Shown: piece after piece, positions 17,508-27,252 of the stretch | Layout of the letters: each line of letters begins with the position of its first letter | Position numbering within the stretch: position 1 is the stretch's first letter | From: a virus | Taxonomy: Duplodnaviria > Caudoviricetes | IMG/VR virus record: IMGVR_UViG_3300021060_000011 | Coordinates: 1 to 64,000 of that record | Strand: one strand, 5' to 3' | DNA: 64,000 nucleotides | The notes under the pieces: generated by a model | Told to the model about the DNA's origin: nothing | What the model saw: the letters and a program-made list of their open reading frames with translations, nothing else | Databases searched by the model: none | Program-made: the position numbers and the translations under genes

Positions 17508-18566
17508 TCAGAGCTTGATATAGCTGCTGACGAGCAGCGAGGGCGGCAGCAGGCTGAACGACTGCCCGCCACCGACCGGGCCGACGCTCACGGTGATGTT
17601 GTGCGCGTGCTGGCCGCTGAACTCGGTGCCGAAGGTATGGGTGTGGTTGTTCGACGTGCCGTTGGTCGGGATCGTCGCATCGCCGCCCGACGTGACCGGC
17701 GTGAAGATCGTCAGCGGGCCGCCCTGGGTGAACGGATAGCCCTTCACCGAAATGGCGTGGTTGTGGTCCGAGCTGTAACCGTTCGTCGTACCGATATGCT
17801 GGTGATTGCCCTGGACGTCCATGGAGGCCGAGACCGGAACGGTGAAACTCGGCAGTTCGGCGACGGTCAGGGTGTGGGCCACTTCGCCCATGGCGGCGCC
17901 CACCGTCGAGGGATCGCCCGCGAGGAACTTCCCGCCGAGAAGACGGCCCGCGTTCCCGTTGCCGAGAGTGTCGAGCGCGATCCGCGCCCGCCCACGCTGG
18001 TCCGGCAACGCGATGGTCTTAGACGCGGCCCAATCACTCTCGGCGTTTGGCCCGCGCCCGCCGGAGACGGCGAGTGTCGCATCCGTCTGCCAGAGGTGGA
18101 CGAAAAGGTCGTGCGCGTCGTCGTTGGCGCGCTCGGACGCGTCCGAGGACGACGGGCCAATGGTCCGGCCGTTCATCCGCACCCACCCGGCATGAACGCC
18201 GGCCGCATAGCGGTCCTTGACGTCGCCGGTTTGTGCCAGCCGGGTCGCGTCCACGTTGCCGCTTCCGCCATCGCCGGGCGCGACGGCATCGGCCACCGCA
18301 TACCCTTCGATCTGGCGCAGTTGCAGCCCGGTCGCGTCCGTGACCCGCAAGCGATAGGTCCCGCCGGGCACGTAGACGATGGGGAAGCACCCAGACGACC
18401 CGTCTGCCTTGATCGGGTGCGTCAGCGGGATCGACAGCCCCGGATCGCTGTAGGCCGTCACGGGGCTCGTCGTGTTCGCCGCGAAGACGAATAGCAACGC
18501 GTCCATGACCGGAAACCCGCCCGGCCCGAAGGTCGGCAGGCACGAGAAAGGCAGTAGCAGGGGCAT
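17508..18566 (-). CDS. tail fibre/collar protein (head-binding N-terminus + collar domain)
   Basis: TTSP..AYSD......THPI.AD..G N-terminus; GW..MNG.TI, LPD.RGR collar motif; H.H repeats. Confidence 0.8.
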   Translation of the reverse strand: MPLLLPFSCLPTFGPGGFPVMDALLFVFAANTTSPVTAYSDPGLSIPLTHPIKADGSSGCFPIVYVPGGTYRLRVTDATGLQLRQIEGYAVADAVAPGDGGSGNVDATRLAQTGDVKDRYAAGVHAGWVRMNGRTIGPSSSDASERANDDAHDLFVHLWQTDATLAVSGGRGPNAESDWAASKTIALPDQRGRARIALDTLGNGNAGRLLGGKFLAGDPSTVGAAMGEVAHTLTVAELPSFTVPVSASMDVQGNHQHIGTTNGYSSDHNHAISVKGYPFTQGGPLTIFTPVTSGGDATIPTNGTSNNHTHTFGTEFSGQHAHNITVSVGPVGGGQSFSLLPPSLLVSSYIKL

Positions 18567-18671
18567 GGGGTGTCCCAACGCGGGAGAAGCCGCCGGAGAG
18601 GGCAGCCGTGGGGAGGTGACGGACGGGGGCGGGGTGGGTTAGGTTTGACGGCTGGACGACAGCGAGGATTG

Positions 18672-18881
18672 ATGACGCCGGGTCGACGCGCTTTGTGTTT
18701 TGTGTTCGGCGGCTCGCTGCTGATCGTCAGCGGCAGGATGCTGTATGGGCACCTGTTCGCGTACTATCCGCAGTCGGGAAAAATCAGCGTCATGCTCCTG
18801 ACGGCGGTTGCCGTGATGGCATTCGTCGGAGCCCTACTCTTCGTGGAAGCGGCCTTTTCAGGGCTTGGCCGCCGTCGCTAA
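18672..18881 (+). CDS. moron, two-TM membrane protein (superinfection-exclusion candidate)
   Basis: opposite strand, convergent with last ejection gene; two TM helices. Confidence 0.55.
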   Translation: MTPGRRALCFVFGGSLLIVSGRMLYGHLFAYYPQSGKISVMLLTAVAVMAFVGALLFVEAAFSGLGRRR

Positions 18882-21556
18882 TTGCGACCCTGCCCCGCCC
18901 CTGTCACGGCCCCGCCAACCGCCCTGAGGCCGGTGGATGGAGGTATAGCCGCACTCGCTTCCGCCAAGCGGCTACCGATGGAGACCGGCTCCCGCCCGTC
19001 AAAAAGCTGCCGGGCGATTGCACCTTGTCGTGCGTCGGAGGCCGCTCGAACCCCCTTTGACATGACGTAGCCGGCCGCCGCACCGACCGGGCCACCCGCG
19101 CTGACGCCGAGCATGGTCCCGATGGCGGTGAAGCTGTCACGGGCGAGGCCAGCAAGGCGGTTGCCTGAGTTGGACGGGTTCGTGGTGCCGGACGGCCCGA
19201 CAATGGCCTTGAGCACGCCTGCGAACCGGCGCATCTCGCTCAATTCCTCTTCGGAAAAGAGACGTCGCGCCATGGTGCGTCCATCGCCATTGATGAACTC
19301 CAGAATGCGCTGAGAGACCTTCTGTGCGCCCATCTCGGTCTTGCCTTCGGCGACGCCAGTCAACCGCTGCCACGCGCCCTGCCGGATGGCGGCCCACTCC
19401 GGCGTTTCACGGCCGACCATGCTGGCGATGGCGTCCACAAGCCTGATGTTGGCCGTGGTGATCTTGTTGCCGTAGCCGAACAAGGCTGCGGCAGTGTCCT
19501 CGGGCGAAAGGCGCTTGTTGGCGACATCGATCAGGGTTTTGATGTGTCCCGTCGCCTCTTCCTGCGCAGCTTTCAGGGGTACAGGCTTCGGCAACGGCTC
19601 GCCGGGACGTTCAGGGGCACGGCGGGCAAACGCCTGCATGGCGTCGCCAAAGGACCGCATCGCGGCGAGGTCGTCAGGCGGGAACATCTGGCGCGCCAGG
19701 GTGCTGCCCTGCCCCGAAGTGAACTCACGGATGCGCTCGGACAGCCGCTGCGCGCCGGCCGGCGTCGCGGCCTCCAAACCGCCGGTCAGCTTCTGCCACG
19801 TCGCCCCCTGGATCGCCTGCATCTCCGGGCTATCGGCGCCCAGGATCTCTCGAAGGCGCGTGAAGGTTCGCACGCTCGTGCCCGTCCCGCCGACACGAGA
19901 GGACCCGATGACGTAGTTCGCCACTTCCTCCGGCGAGGCATCGCGCTCGATGATGTTCTGGATCACACGTCCGGCATCGTCACCCTGTGCGCGGGGGCGA
20001 AACGTCTGCTGGTAGTCGCGGAATTGCTGGCGGGCCGCGCGGAGCCCCTGAAGCGTCCCCTCGTCGCCTGAGAACAGCACGCTATCGAAACCGCGCTCCA
20101 ACTGGTTGTCGAAGGCGTCCATCACACCGCGCAGCGCCCGAGCGTCCTCCGGGGTCGCGGACGCCGCACGGATACGGGCCGTGATGATCTTGCGAGCCTG
20201 TTCAATGCCGCGCAGGTTGACCCCGGCCACTGTCTCTCCGGCGCCCGGCTGCCCGATGCGCCCGAGATTGAGGCTGGCGACGCGGTTGAGGTCGTTCAGA
20301 GTTGCCGAAGCGAGCGGTGTCAGCGTCTTGTCAATGATGATCGGCTCGGCCCGCCGAACCAGATCCTCCGTGATCCGCTGCGAGATCGGCGCAGCGAACT
20401 CGTTGAGCGGTGATCCGCTGGCCGTGAGTTCCTGGCCGCCGGGGCGGGCCACACCCTGGAAGAAGCCGGGGTCGATCTGTCCCTCGCGGTCGAAGGCTTC
20501 GCGGTAGCCTTGCTGGTACCGCTCCCGCCCCTGCGTCGCGCGATTGCGCACCGCCTCGGCAACGTCGGCGCCGGCATCGACGGGGCGGAGATCCTGTGGG
20601 TTGAACCGCTGGCGGCTCGCCTCGGCCGATTGCTGCGCGGCACGGGTCGCGGCCTCGTTCGCGGCCTGTGCGCGAGCCTCTTCCGCTGCATTGGCAGTTG
20701 CGACGCGGGTGGCCTCGGCCTCGTTCAGTTGCGCGACCCGCTGGGCCTCGGCCAGATTGCGGGCCTCAAGCTCGCGCTGGGCCGTCGTGCCGTACTTCTG
20801 AACGGTCTCACCAACGAGCCCGCCGGCATCGGCGGGGCGGTCGAGCGCGATTTGCCCCAAGCCTGCCGTATCGCCGATGCTGTCGCGCGCGGCCGCGATT
20901 TCGGATTGCTGCCGGTCCGCCGCCTCGCGAGCGATGCGCTGGGCCTGCGCACCCTTGGCGCCGCCGGCCATCGCATTCTCAGTCGAAAGCAAGGCCGGGT
21001 CGGCGGTGCGCTGGCCTGCGGTCAACGTGATGCCGAGATCACCCGCGTCCTTGACGACAGAACCAGGTGAGGTCGTCACAACGTCCTGAACGGCGCGACG
21101 TGAAGCTCCGGACTGTGGGTCGGCGAAGAGAACGGATCGCTCGGCCTGTGTCGCGATGCGTCCTGGCGAAACGGGACTGGCAAAGCCCGCGAGATCGGCC
21201 ACGCGCATTCCCTCTTCCTGCGTCATTGCCGAGGGCCTGGTCTGCACCTTGCCCTTGTAGACGTCGCCAGGAAGCGTCACGGCGCTCACGGCCGAGTTGT
21301 AGATCCCCTTGACGAGATTGGAGAGCGTGAATTCCCCGCCCGGCCGCGCGGGCGGCTCCTGCCCTGGAACGACGAAGCCGACCGGCTTTGCACCGGGTGC
21401 AGGCAGGTCGGCTGTGCGGACGGGAGCCTCCTTGAGGATGAAGCCAGGCGGGAGATCGTCCCCAGGCGCAGCCGGAGCCTGCTTTGGTGCGGCAGGCGGC
21501 TGGACAGGCGCGGTCTCCGGCTTCAGCACGAAGCCCGGCGGCAGATCATCGCTCAT
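18878..21556 (-). CDS. DNA ejection (internal virion) protein
   Basis: large helical Ala/Arg-rich protein, DLPPGF repeats, C-terminal NPSNSG motif; P22 ejection-gene position. Confidence 0.75.
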   Translation of the reverse strand: MSDDLPPGFVLKPETAPVQPPAAPKQAPAAPGDDLPPGFILKEAPVRTADLPAPGAKPVGFVVPGQEPPARPGGEFTLSNLVKGIYNSAVSAVTLPGDVYKGKVQTRPSAMTQEEGMRVADLAGFASPVSPGRIATQAERSVLFADPQSGASRRAVQDVVTTSPGSVVKDAGDLGITLTAGQRTADPALLSTENAMAGGAKGAQAQRIAREAADRQQSEIAAARDSIGDTAGLGQIALDRPADAGGLVGETVQKYGTTAQRELEARNLAEAQRVAQLNEAEATRVATANAAEEARAQAANEAATRAAQQSAEASRQRFNPQDLRPVDAGADVAEAVRNRATQGRERYQQGYREAFDREGQIDPGFFQGVARPGGQELTASGSPLNEFAAPISQRITEDLVRRAEPIIIDKTLTPLASATLNDLNRVASLNLGRIGQPGAGETVAGVNLRGIEQARKIITARIRAASATPEDARALRGVMDAFDNQLERGFDSVLFSGDEGTLQGLRAARQQFRDYQQTFRPRAQGDDAGRVIQNIIERDASPEEVANYVIGSSRVGGTGTSVRTFTRLREILGADSPEMQAIQGATWQKLTGGLEAATPAGAQRLSERIREFTSGQGSTLARQMFPPDDLAAMRSFGDAMQAFARRAPERPGEPLPKPVPLKAAQEEATGHIKTLIDVANKRLSPEDTAAALFGYGNKITTANIRLVDAIASMVGRETPEWAAIRQGAWQRLTGVAEGKTEMGAQKVSQRILEFINGDGRTMARRLFSEEELSEMRRFAGVLKAIVGPSGTTNPSNSGNRLAGLARDSFTAIGTMLGVSAGGPVGAAAGYVMSKGVRAASDARQGAIARQLFDGREPVSIGSRLAEASAAIPPSTGLRAVGGAVTGAGQGRN

Positions 21557-23589
21557 AGTTCAGACCGCGCATTCGGAACCCACTGGCCTCCGCGCCGCAC
21601 AAGCTCTTCGTTGGTCTGAGGGTTCACGATGACAGTGCCCTCCTTGAATTTTGGGGCGGCTTCTGGCGTGGACGCTTTCGGGCGCCCCACCTTCGGGGCC
21701 GACAGAGCGGGCGGCAGGGCCACGACCCGGCCAACATCGAGCCCCTGCCCCTTCGCCAGGTCACTGTACCGGGTGGCAACGCTTTCGGCCCCCTGGCGAG
21801 CCTGACCATAGAGGCGCTGGGCGGTATCAATGAAATCCTGGCGCTGCGTCGGGTTCAGGATCTCACCGTTCAGCGCCTTGTTGTAGAGGTTCTGGATGCG
21901 CTCGGGGACGCCGGCCGCATTCTGCGCCGACGCGAATTCCCCCTCACGCACGACCGACCCCGGATCGAGCATTTTCATGAAGCCGAACACGAGGCCGATA
22001 TCCGATGCGGGCGACACCGCGCCGGGGTTGCTCTCGCGCTGTTCGGTGGCCGCGATCAGGCGACGATAGCCGTCCTGCACCTCACCGAAGGTGCCAAGCT
22101 GTTTCGTGAACTCGGTGCGGAGCTTGGCTTCACCCTCGTTCGATTTGTCGCGATCCGCGACCTCTGCAATCCGCCTGCCCTGCGCATCGAAGCGCACCTG
22201 TCCCGGAGAGAGGGTGACGCCGCCGCCCTCCTTGTCCGGCGCCTGAAAGATGACGCGGCCGGTATTGGGGTCCACGAGGGCGCTGCCGGCCGAAACCGTC
22301 TGGGGGCCGACCGGGCGCTGGCCCTCTCGCTGAAAATCCACGAACGAGCCGCCATAGCCCTGCCCGCGCGCGAAGAGGTACTTCTTGACCTCGTCGGGCG
22401 CCTTGGTCTGTTCAAGCTCGTTCGACAGGAGCGTCTTCACGACACCCGACTGGCCCTCTGATAGGCCCGGCATCGTCGCGAGCCGGATCAGAGCGCCGAT
22501 GCGCTGCTGCGAGGCCGGCGCGGTAGCCCCAACCTGTTGCGCGGCGGCCGGCGGCAGGCCCGCTTGCGCGAGTTGCTGCGGAACAGCGGCCGAGACCTGC
22601 GCTCGCGCTTCGGGCGTGGCCTCGGGCGCAGCGACAGGCGCCGAGTCTGCGCTTGGCATGGTCATGGTGGGCGTGCCGGGGGAGGGAGACGGCGGCGCGG
22701 AAGAAGCGGGCGCCGCCTGAGTCGCGCCGGGCATAGCAGGCACAAAGGAGCGATCCACCGAGGCGACCTGCACCGGAGCGGTCTGTGCAGCCGGGGCCGA
22801 TTGTGGCATTTGCATTGCCGTTGCGGGGAGCTGCGGAGCAGTGGCCGGCGCGCCTCGGCCGAGAGCCGCCGTAAACTTGTCGACGTATCGTTGGCCGGTG
22901 GTGCCGAGGACGTCCCGCGCATTCGCCCCCTGCGCGAGAGGGCGCCCCGTGAACCACACCGACGCCGCGTCCTGGGGGTTGCCGTACTTTTCGACGGCCT
23001 GCCCGAATTTCTTCTGGAAGATCGCGTCTTGGATCTGCGGGCTCTTCAGAAATTCATCCGGCGTCACCTCACGTCCGATGGCTTCACGCGACCATGAGGG
23101 AAGATTGCTCTCCATGACCTGATAAGCGCCGAGTGCGCGACCGTATTTCGGATGCGTCGGCCCGACGATCCCATAATTCCCGCCGCTCTCGTTGCTCTGG
23201 ATCGCCCCTGCATAGCGACCGATGTCGCTCCCTTGAGCAAAGGACGGCAGGGAAGCGCCCGGACGCGATGCGGTCGGGGGCGCGGCTGGTTGCGCACCAA
23301 GAGTTCCCAACGACTGCGGCGTGCCGCCGCCCGCATACGACTGTCCGAATGAGTTGAACGCAGCGTTGGCATCGGCCGACTGCTTGGCGGACTGCCCGAG
23401 CTTAAGCAGGCTCAGACCCGTATCAGGGTCGCCAGCATCGAAGGCGACCTTCGACGCGCCAGCATAATCGCCGGCCTGAAGCTTTGAGCCGAGCGCGCCC
23501 AGCATCTGCTTCTTGTCGAACTGCGCAGCGCCATCTGAGTAGGCCTTTCCAAGCCCGGACGTGGCGGCGTAGAACTCACCGAACGACAT
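21553..23589 (-). CDS. DNA ejection protein with lytic transglycosylase/lysozyme-like domain
   Basis: IQSNESGGNY...ALGAYQVM...QD...WFTG; FMKMLDPGSVVREGE. Confidence 0.8.
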   Translation of the reverse strand: MSFGEFYAATSGLGKAYSDGAAQFDKKQMLGALGSKLQAGDYAGASKVAFDAGDPDTGLSLLKLGQSAKQSADANAAFNSFGQSYAGGGTPQSLGTLGAQPAAPPTASRPGASLPSFAQGSDIGRYAGAIQSNESGGNYGIVGPTHPKYGRALGAYQVMESNLPSWSREAIGREVTPDEFLKSPQIQDAIFQKKFGQAVEKYGNPQDAASVWFTGRPLAQGANARDVLGTTGQRYVDKFTAALGRGAPATAPQLPATAMQMPQSAPAAQTAPVQVASVDRSFVPAMPGATQAAPASSAPPSPSPGTPTMTMPSADSAPVAAPEATPEARAQVSAAVPQQLAQAGLPPAAAQQVGATAPASQQRIGALIRLATMPGLSEGQSGVVKTLLSNELEQTKAPDEVKKYLFARGQGYGGSFVDFQREGQRPVGPQTVSAGSALVDPNTGRVIFQAPDKEGGGVTLSPGQVRFDAQGRRIAEVADRDKSNEGEAKLRTEFTKQLGTFGEVQDGYRRLIAATEQRESNPGAVSPASDIGLVFGFMKMLDPGSVVREGEFASAQNAAGVPERIQNLYNKALNGEILNPTQRQDFIDTAQRLYGQARQGAESVATRYSDLAKGQGLDVGRVVALPPALSAPKVGRPKASTPEAAPKFKEGTVIVNPQTNEELVRRGGQWVPNARSEL

Positions 23590-23598
23590 ACGCCGGCC

Positions 23599-24489
23599 TC
23601 ACTTAAAAATGTTCGAGAAGAGGTTCGTGAAACCGCCCGCCTTGCCTGCTGCCCCGAAGACGCTTTCAGCGCCGCCGAGCAGCCCCCCGAGCAGATTGGA
23701 ACTCGCCTCCGTCTGGGATTTCGCAAGCTGATTGTTGTTCTGCACCAACTGCCCGGCGGCGTTAGTCTGGAGCCCGGCGACGTTCTGCCCGAAGCCGACC
23801 TGTTGGTTCGCAGCCGTGCCGTAGATCCCGGCCGCGTTTTGCCCGTAGCCGGTGCCGAGGGCGGCGAGGGACGTGCCCTGCGCCTGGGATGAGCTGGCCT
23901 GCCCCGCGAGGGCGTTGGCTTGGCCCGCGACACCGCTCTGATAGAAGTTCGATCCGTTCTGAAGGTTGGAAACGTACTGCTGATAGCCCTGATCTGCGAG
24001 CCCCGTGGCCGTCTTCAGGATGTCGGCAGTGGCATTCCCACCCGCGAGACCGCCACGGGCCGCAGCGGACCGCTGGACGGCTTCCAGGGCCTGGCTCTGC
24101 GCATACTCGTAGCCGGGCGCGGCGCGGAAGTCGGCGGCGGCCTGCGCGGAGCCGGCCGCGCCGTTCGCCCCGATGGCGTTGTTGTACGCCGAATAGGCGT
24201 TCCCGCCCTGGTTGACGAGGTTGCCGTAGGCGTTGCCGGCCTGCCCCAGATACCCCTGCGTCTGGCCGTACTGGCTGTTGAGATCGTTGCGGGCCTGCCC
24301 ATAGCCGGCGCCGAGCGCAGACAAGGCCGTCCCCGTCGAGCCGTCTCCGGTGCCGAGCAAGCCCTGCGCGTTCCGGTAGCCCGTCGTCAGGGCATCGCCG
24401 CCGAGCTGGGTGCCGGCGCCGATGGCGTATTGGTTGGATTTCGCGGCACGCTGCGAGGCGGCCCCGGAAAGGGCATCGAACAGACCCAC
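23599..24489 (-). CDS. DNA ejection/pilot protein (P22 gp7-like)
   Basis: Gly/Ala/Gln-rich; F..APGY.Y......AVQRSAAARGGL.GG. Confidence 0.75.
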   Translation of the reverse strand: MGLFDALSGAASQRAAKSNQYAIGAGTQLGGDALTTGYRNAQGLLGTGDGSTGTALSALGAGYGQARNDLNSQYGQTQGYLGQAGNAYGNLVNQGGNAYSAYNNAIGANGAAGSAQAAADFRAAPGYEYAQSQALEAVQRSAAARGGLAGGNATADILKTATGLADQGYQQYVSNLQNGSNFYQSGVAGQANALAGQASSSQAQGTSLAALGTGYGQNAAGIYGTAANQQVGFGQNVAGLQTNAAGQLVQNNNQLAKSQTEASSNLLGGLLGGAESVFGAAGKAGGFTNLFSNIFK

Positions 24490-24501
24490 TACAGCCTCCT
24501 G

Positions 24502-24645
24502 TCAGGCGAGCGTTGCGAGGTAGGCCCGGACCTCGGCGTTGAACCGATCCAGGGCGTCAAAATACCTGATCCAGGCCCCGTCCGTGATCGGCACGCTGGC
24601 CGGAGGACGCTTCGGGGGCTGGGGGAAGTTGGCAGGGAGTGCCAT
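24502..24645 (-). CDS. 47-aa virion protein in tail needle/plug position
   Basis: MALPANFPQPPKRPPASVPITDGAWIRYFDALDRFNAEVRAYLATLA; TGATG overlap; not in ORF track. Confidence 0.6.
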   Translation of the reverse strand: MALPANFPQPPKRPPASVPITDGAWIRYFDALDRFNAEVRAYLATLA

Positions 24646-26042
24646 CACGCCCGCCGCTCACTCGGCTTCGGCAGCGTCCCGCCCATGAAGGCGAACGGAA
24701 CCGGGTCGGAGATCGCCCACCGGACTTTCACGCCGCTGGTGCGGGCCAAGCCCAACTGCCCGACGCGGACGTTCCGGCCGTACTCGCCCTGGCGGCCCAT
24801 GCTGCGAAGGAGCGGTTGGCCCCAGCGTCCGCCACCGTCGAGCGACCACGACACCGAGACGCGCGGATCGGTCTCAATGGGGGCTTGGCCGGCTTCCCGC
24901 CCCTGCCCCGTCGAGAACTGAAGATAGAGATCGTTCACCCGGAACCCGGCCGGGTAGGATTTCAACCAGCCCTCGCCCGTGACAACGAGGGGCGACGCGC
25001 CCTCCATGCGGGCCGTTTCATCGAGCGCCATCAATGTCGCGGACTGGATATCGCCCACCAGCCACTTGCCGAACGCTTTGACGCTCGTCCGGCCGCGCCA
25101 CCGCTTCAAGCCATAGCTCTCGCGCTCGAACCACGCGCCCGCGTTGATGTGATAGTCCCAGGTGAAGTCGGGGCCGGACAACGACCACACCGAGTTGCCG
25201 CCATAGGTCGTGACCATGGCTTCAAGCGTGTTCGGATCGGTGACGGTGGCGATGGACCGCTCAACGTCGCGGGTGGAGACGATGGTCGGCGTGTAGCCGT
25301 CCCAGCGCCGCACCGTGCCGTCCGAGGCGACCATGAGCCAAGGCTTGTCCCAGCCATCGTCGGTGCCGGCAACGGCCCATGGCCCGAACAGGCCGACGTC
25401 CACCACCTCGGAACGCTCAAGGGGGAACGGGATGCGTCCAGGATTGTCGTAGAACTCGACTGAGGACTGCCCAAGGGCGATGAACTGGCGCCCCTTGACG
25501 ATGCCGCGTAACAGGCCGTCCGGCTTGGCCTCGGCCTTCGTGAAGCTCTGGTCGTTGATGCCGGTGTCGTTGATCCCGGAGGCGCGGATCGTGGCGTTGC
25601 CGTAGGTGAACAGGAAGTAGGCGTCCAAGAAGCTGACGCTGTTAGGCGAGCCCACGTCGGTATCGGGATAATCCGAGACCGACACGCCGTCCGTGACGAA
25701 GGCGCCGTTCTCCGTGACGATGACGATGTCCGGGGACGGGGCGCGGTTATCCCGCGCCATGGTAACGAGCCCGGAGCCCTGGAGCGGGCCGACGTTCGTG
25801 ACCACGCCGTCCGCCGTGACCTTCAAAAGCGCGTCGGTGACGGCAAGGTAGAGTGTCGAGCCGACGAGAAGCGAGCCGCGCGGGCCAAGGCCCGTCAGGG
25901 CGAACGGCGTCAGCCCCGGAACGGGGCCGTAGCGTACCGCGTCGCCGTCCTTGAAGGCAAAACAGTTGACCAACCGCCCGGCGCCCTCGCCGGGGCGTGA
26001 GCCCGGTGTTGAGGACAGCGGGAACGGGATCGCGACGGGCAT
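24645..26042 (-). CDS. packaged DNA stabilization protein (P22 gp10-like)
   Basis: RLVNCF, SVSFLDAYF, AEAKPDG, SWSLDGG.RW, G.QGEY..V...LG, SDP motifs. Confidence 0.85.
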   Translation of the reverse strand: MPVAIPFPLSSTPGSRPGEGAGRLVNCFAFKDGDAVRYGPVPGLTPFALTGLGPRGSLLVGSTLYLAVTDALLKVTADGVVTNVGPLQGSGLVTMARDNRAPSPDIVIVTENGAFVTDGVSVSDYPDTDVGSPNSVSFLDAYFLFTYGNATIRASGINDTGINDQSFTKAEAKPDGLLRGIVKGRQFIALGQSSVEFYDNPGRIPFPLERSEVVDVGLFGPWAVAGTDDGWDKPWLMVASDGTVRRWDGYTPTIVSTRDVERSIATVTDPNTLEAMVTTYGGNSVWSLSGPDFTWDYHINAGAWFERESYGLKRWRGRTSVKAFGKWLVGDIQSATLMALDETARMEGASPLVVTGEGWLKSYPAGFRVNDLYLQFSTGQGREAGQAPIETDPRVSVSWSLDGGGRWGQPLLRSMGRQGEYGRNVRVGQLGLARTSGVKVRWAISDPVPFAFMGGTLPKPSERRA

Positions 26043-26395
26043 CAGAAATAGTCCACGTGGACCGGCGCCCCGGAATAGGGCAGCGTCCGCAGCGCGCGGA
26101 GTTTCTGTTCGGCGGCCTGTGCCCGGCTCGCGAGCGTCACCACGTCGGACTGCGGCAAGCCGAAATCGTCGCTCATCTCGGACGCCAGGATCGCGGAGAG
26201 ATGGTGGAACGCGGCGGTGTCGATGTCTTCCAAGTCCGCCACGTCGTAGATATCGCGCTCAAGGAGATCCGCGAGGACGCCGGGGATGGCCTCGCGGACC
26301 TTCCTGGCGTCCTCGGGTTCGGCTTCCTGCCCATCCCCCACAGCCCCGAGGCGACGTAGGGCGCGTTCGATCAGGGCTGCGGAGGTGTAGGGCAT
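26042..26395 (-). CDS. head-tail adaptor (P22 gp4-like)
   Basis: T...LIERALRRLG....G..EPED, LA......FG, ends DYF. Confidence 0.7.
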   Translation of the reverse strand: MPYTSAALIERALRRLGAVGDGQEAEPEDARKVREAIPGVLADLLERDIYDVADLEDIDTAAFHHLSAILASEMSDDFGLPQSDVVTLASRAQAAEQKLRALRTLPYSGAPVHVDYF

Positions 26396-26751
26396 CAGTC
26401 GGCGTTCCGAGGACGGCCACGGCGCGGGAGGCTCGGCGTATTGGCCGGCACATCCTCGCCGCCGCTAGACGGCGCACGGTCATCCGGCGCGAGGCCGGCT
26501 GAACCGACGAACGACGAGTCGCTTGCGTCGCCCTCGGGCAGATCGATGCGCGCGATGTCCTCGGGGTCGGCCTGATCCTCGTTCGGATCGGCCTGAGGGT
26601 CGGACTTGCCGGCCCCCGTCACCTCGAAGAACGAATTGCCCTTCGCCGCCGCGATCATGCTCTCGTCATCGACCGAAACGGCCTTACCGGGCTGAAAGCG
26701 GATGTTGCGCCACTCGGTGGGCGCGTCGCCCAGGTACTTGATCTTGGCCAT
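26395..26751 (-). CDS. hypothetical virion-morphogenesis protein
   Basis: acidic, ends RRGRPR; follows capsid genes. Confidence 0.65.
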   Translation of the reverse strand: MAKIKYLGDAPTEWRNIRFQPGKAVSVDDESMIAAAKGNSFFEVTGAGKSDPQADPNEDQADPEDIARIDLPEGDASDSSFVGSAGLAPDDRAPSSGGEDVPANTPSLPRRGRPRNAD

Positions 26752-26759
26752 GGCTCACC

Positions 26760-27188
26760 TCACGACAGGTAGTAGTCAAGATAGACCTCAAAATACGTCC
26801 CACCGGCCTGCGTGGCGGGGGCCGCGACGACGGTGGCGATGACGGTGTCCTCGGCCAGATATTCCTGGCCCTTGGGGGCCGCGCCGACCGCGAGTTCCGC
26901 CGCGCCGCCGGCCTGACCGACGTTCGAGGCGCTGAAGAAGCGCGTCGCCGAGGTGCTGTCGCCGACGTTGAGCGTCACGGCGGGCGTGCCGCCCGTGTCG
27001 ATCTTCTGCGCGTAGAGCAGCACGTTCTTGATGCGGGCGCCGGCCGGAACACGGAACAGGCGGATCACATCGCCGGCCGCGAGGGTCGGGCCGAGGGTGT
27101 AGCGGGCGTGGCCCGTGACTTGCTGTCCTGCGGACAGATTGGTGCGCGCAACGGGCGCCTGCGCGTTGGCGTGCGTGTAAACGGCCAT
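26760..27188 (-). CDS. capsid decoration/cement protein
   Basis: LAAGDVI.L..VPAGARI...TLNVGD; directly after MCP. Confidence 0.7.
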   Translation of the reverse strand: MAVYTHANAQAPVARTNLSAGQQVTGHARYTLGPTLAAGDVIRLFRVPAGARIKNVLLYAQKIDTGGTPAVTLNVGDSTSATRFFSASNVGQAGGAAELAVGAAPKGQEYLAEDTVIATVVAAPATQAGGTYFEVYLDYYLS

Positions 27189-27252
27189 GACGGCTTCCTT
27201 TTTCAGAGATCGGGAGAAAAAGGCGGGGCGGACTCACACCCCGCCGTCAGGC

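Noticed and set aside
12314-18566. Diversity-generating retroelement or invertible tail-fibre switch
   Set aside because: No reverse transcriptase or invertase and no TR/VR pair seen; the repeats are ordinary fibre repeats
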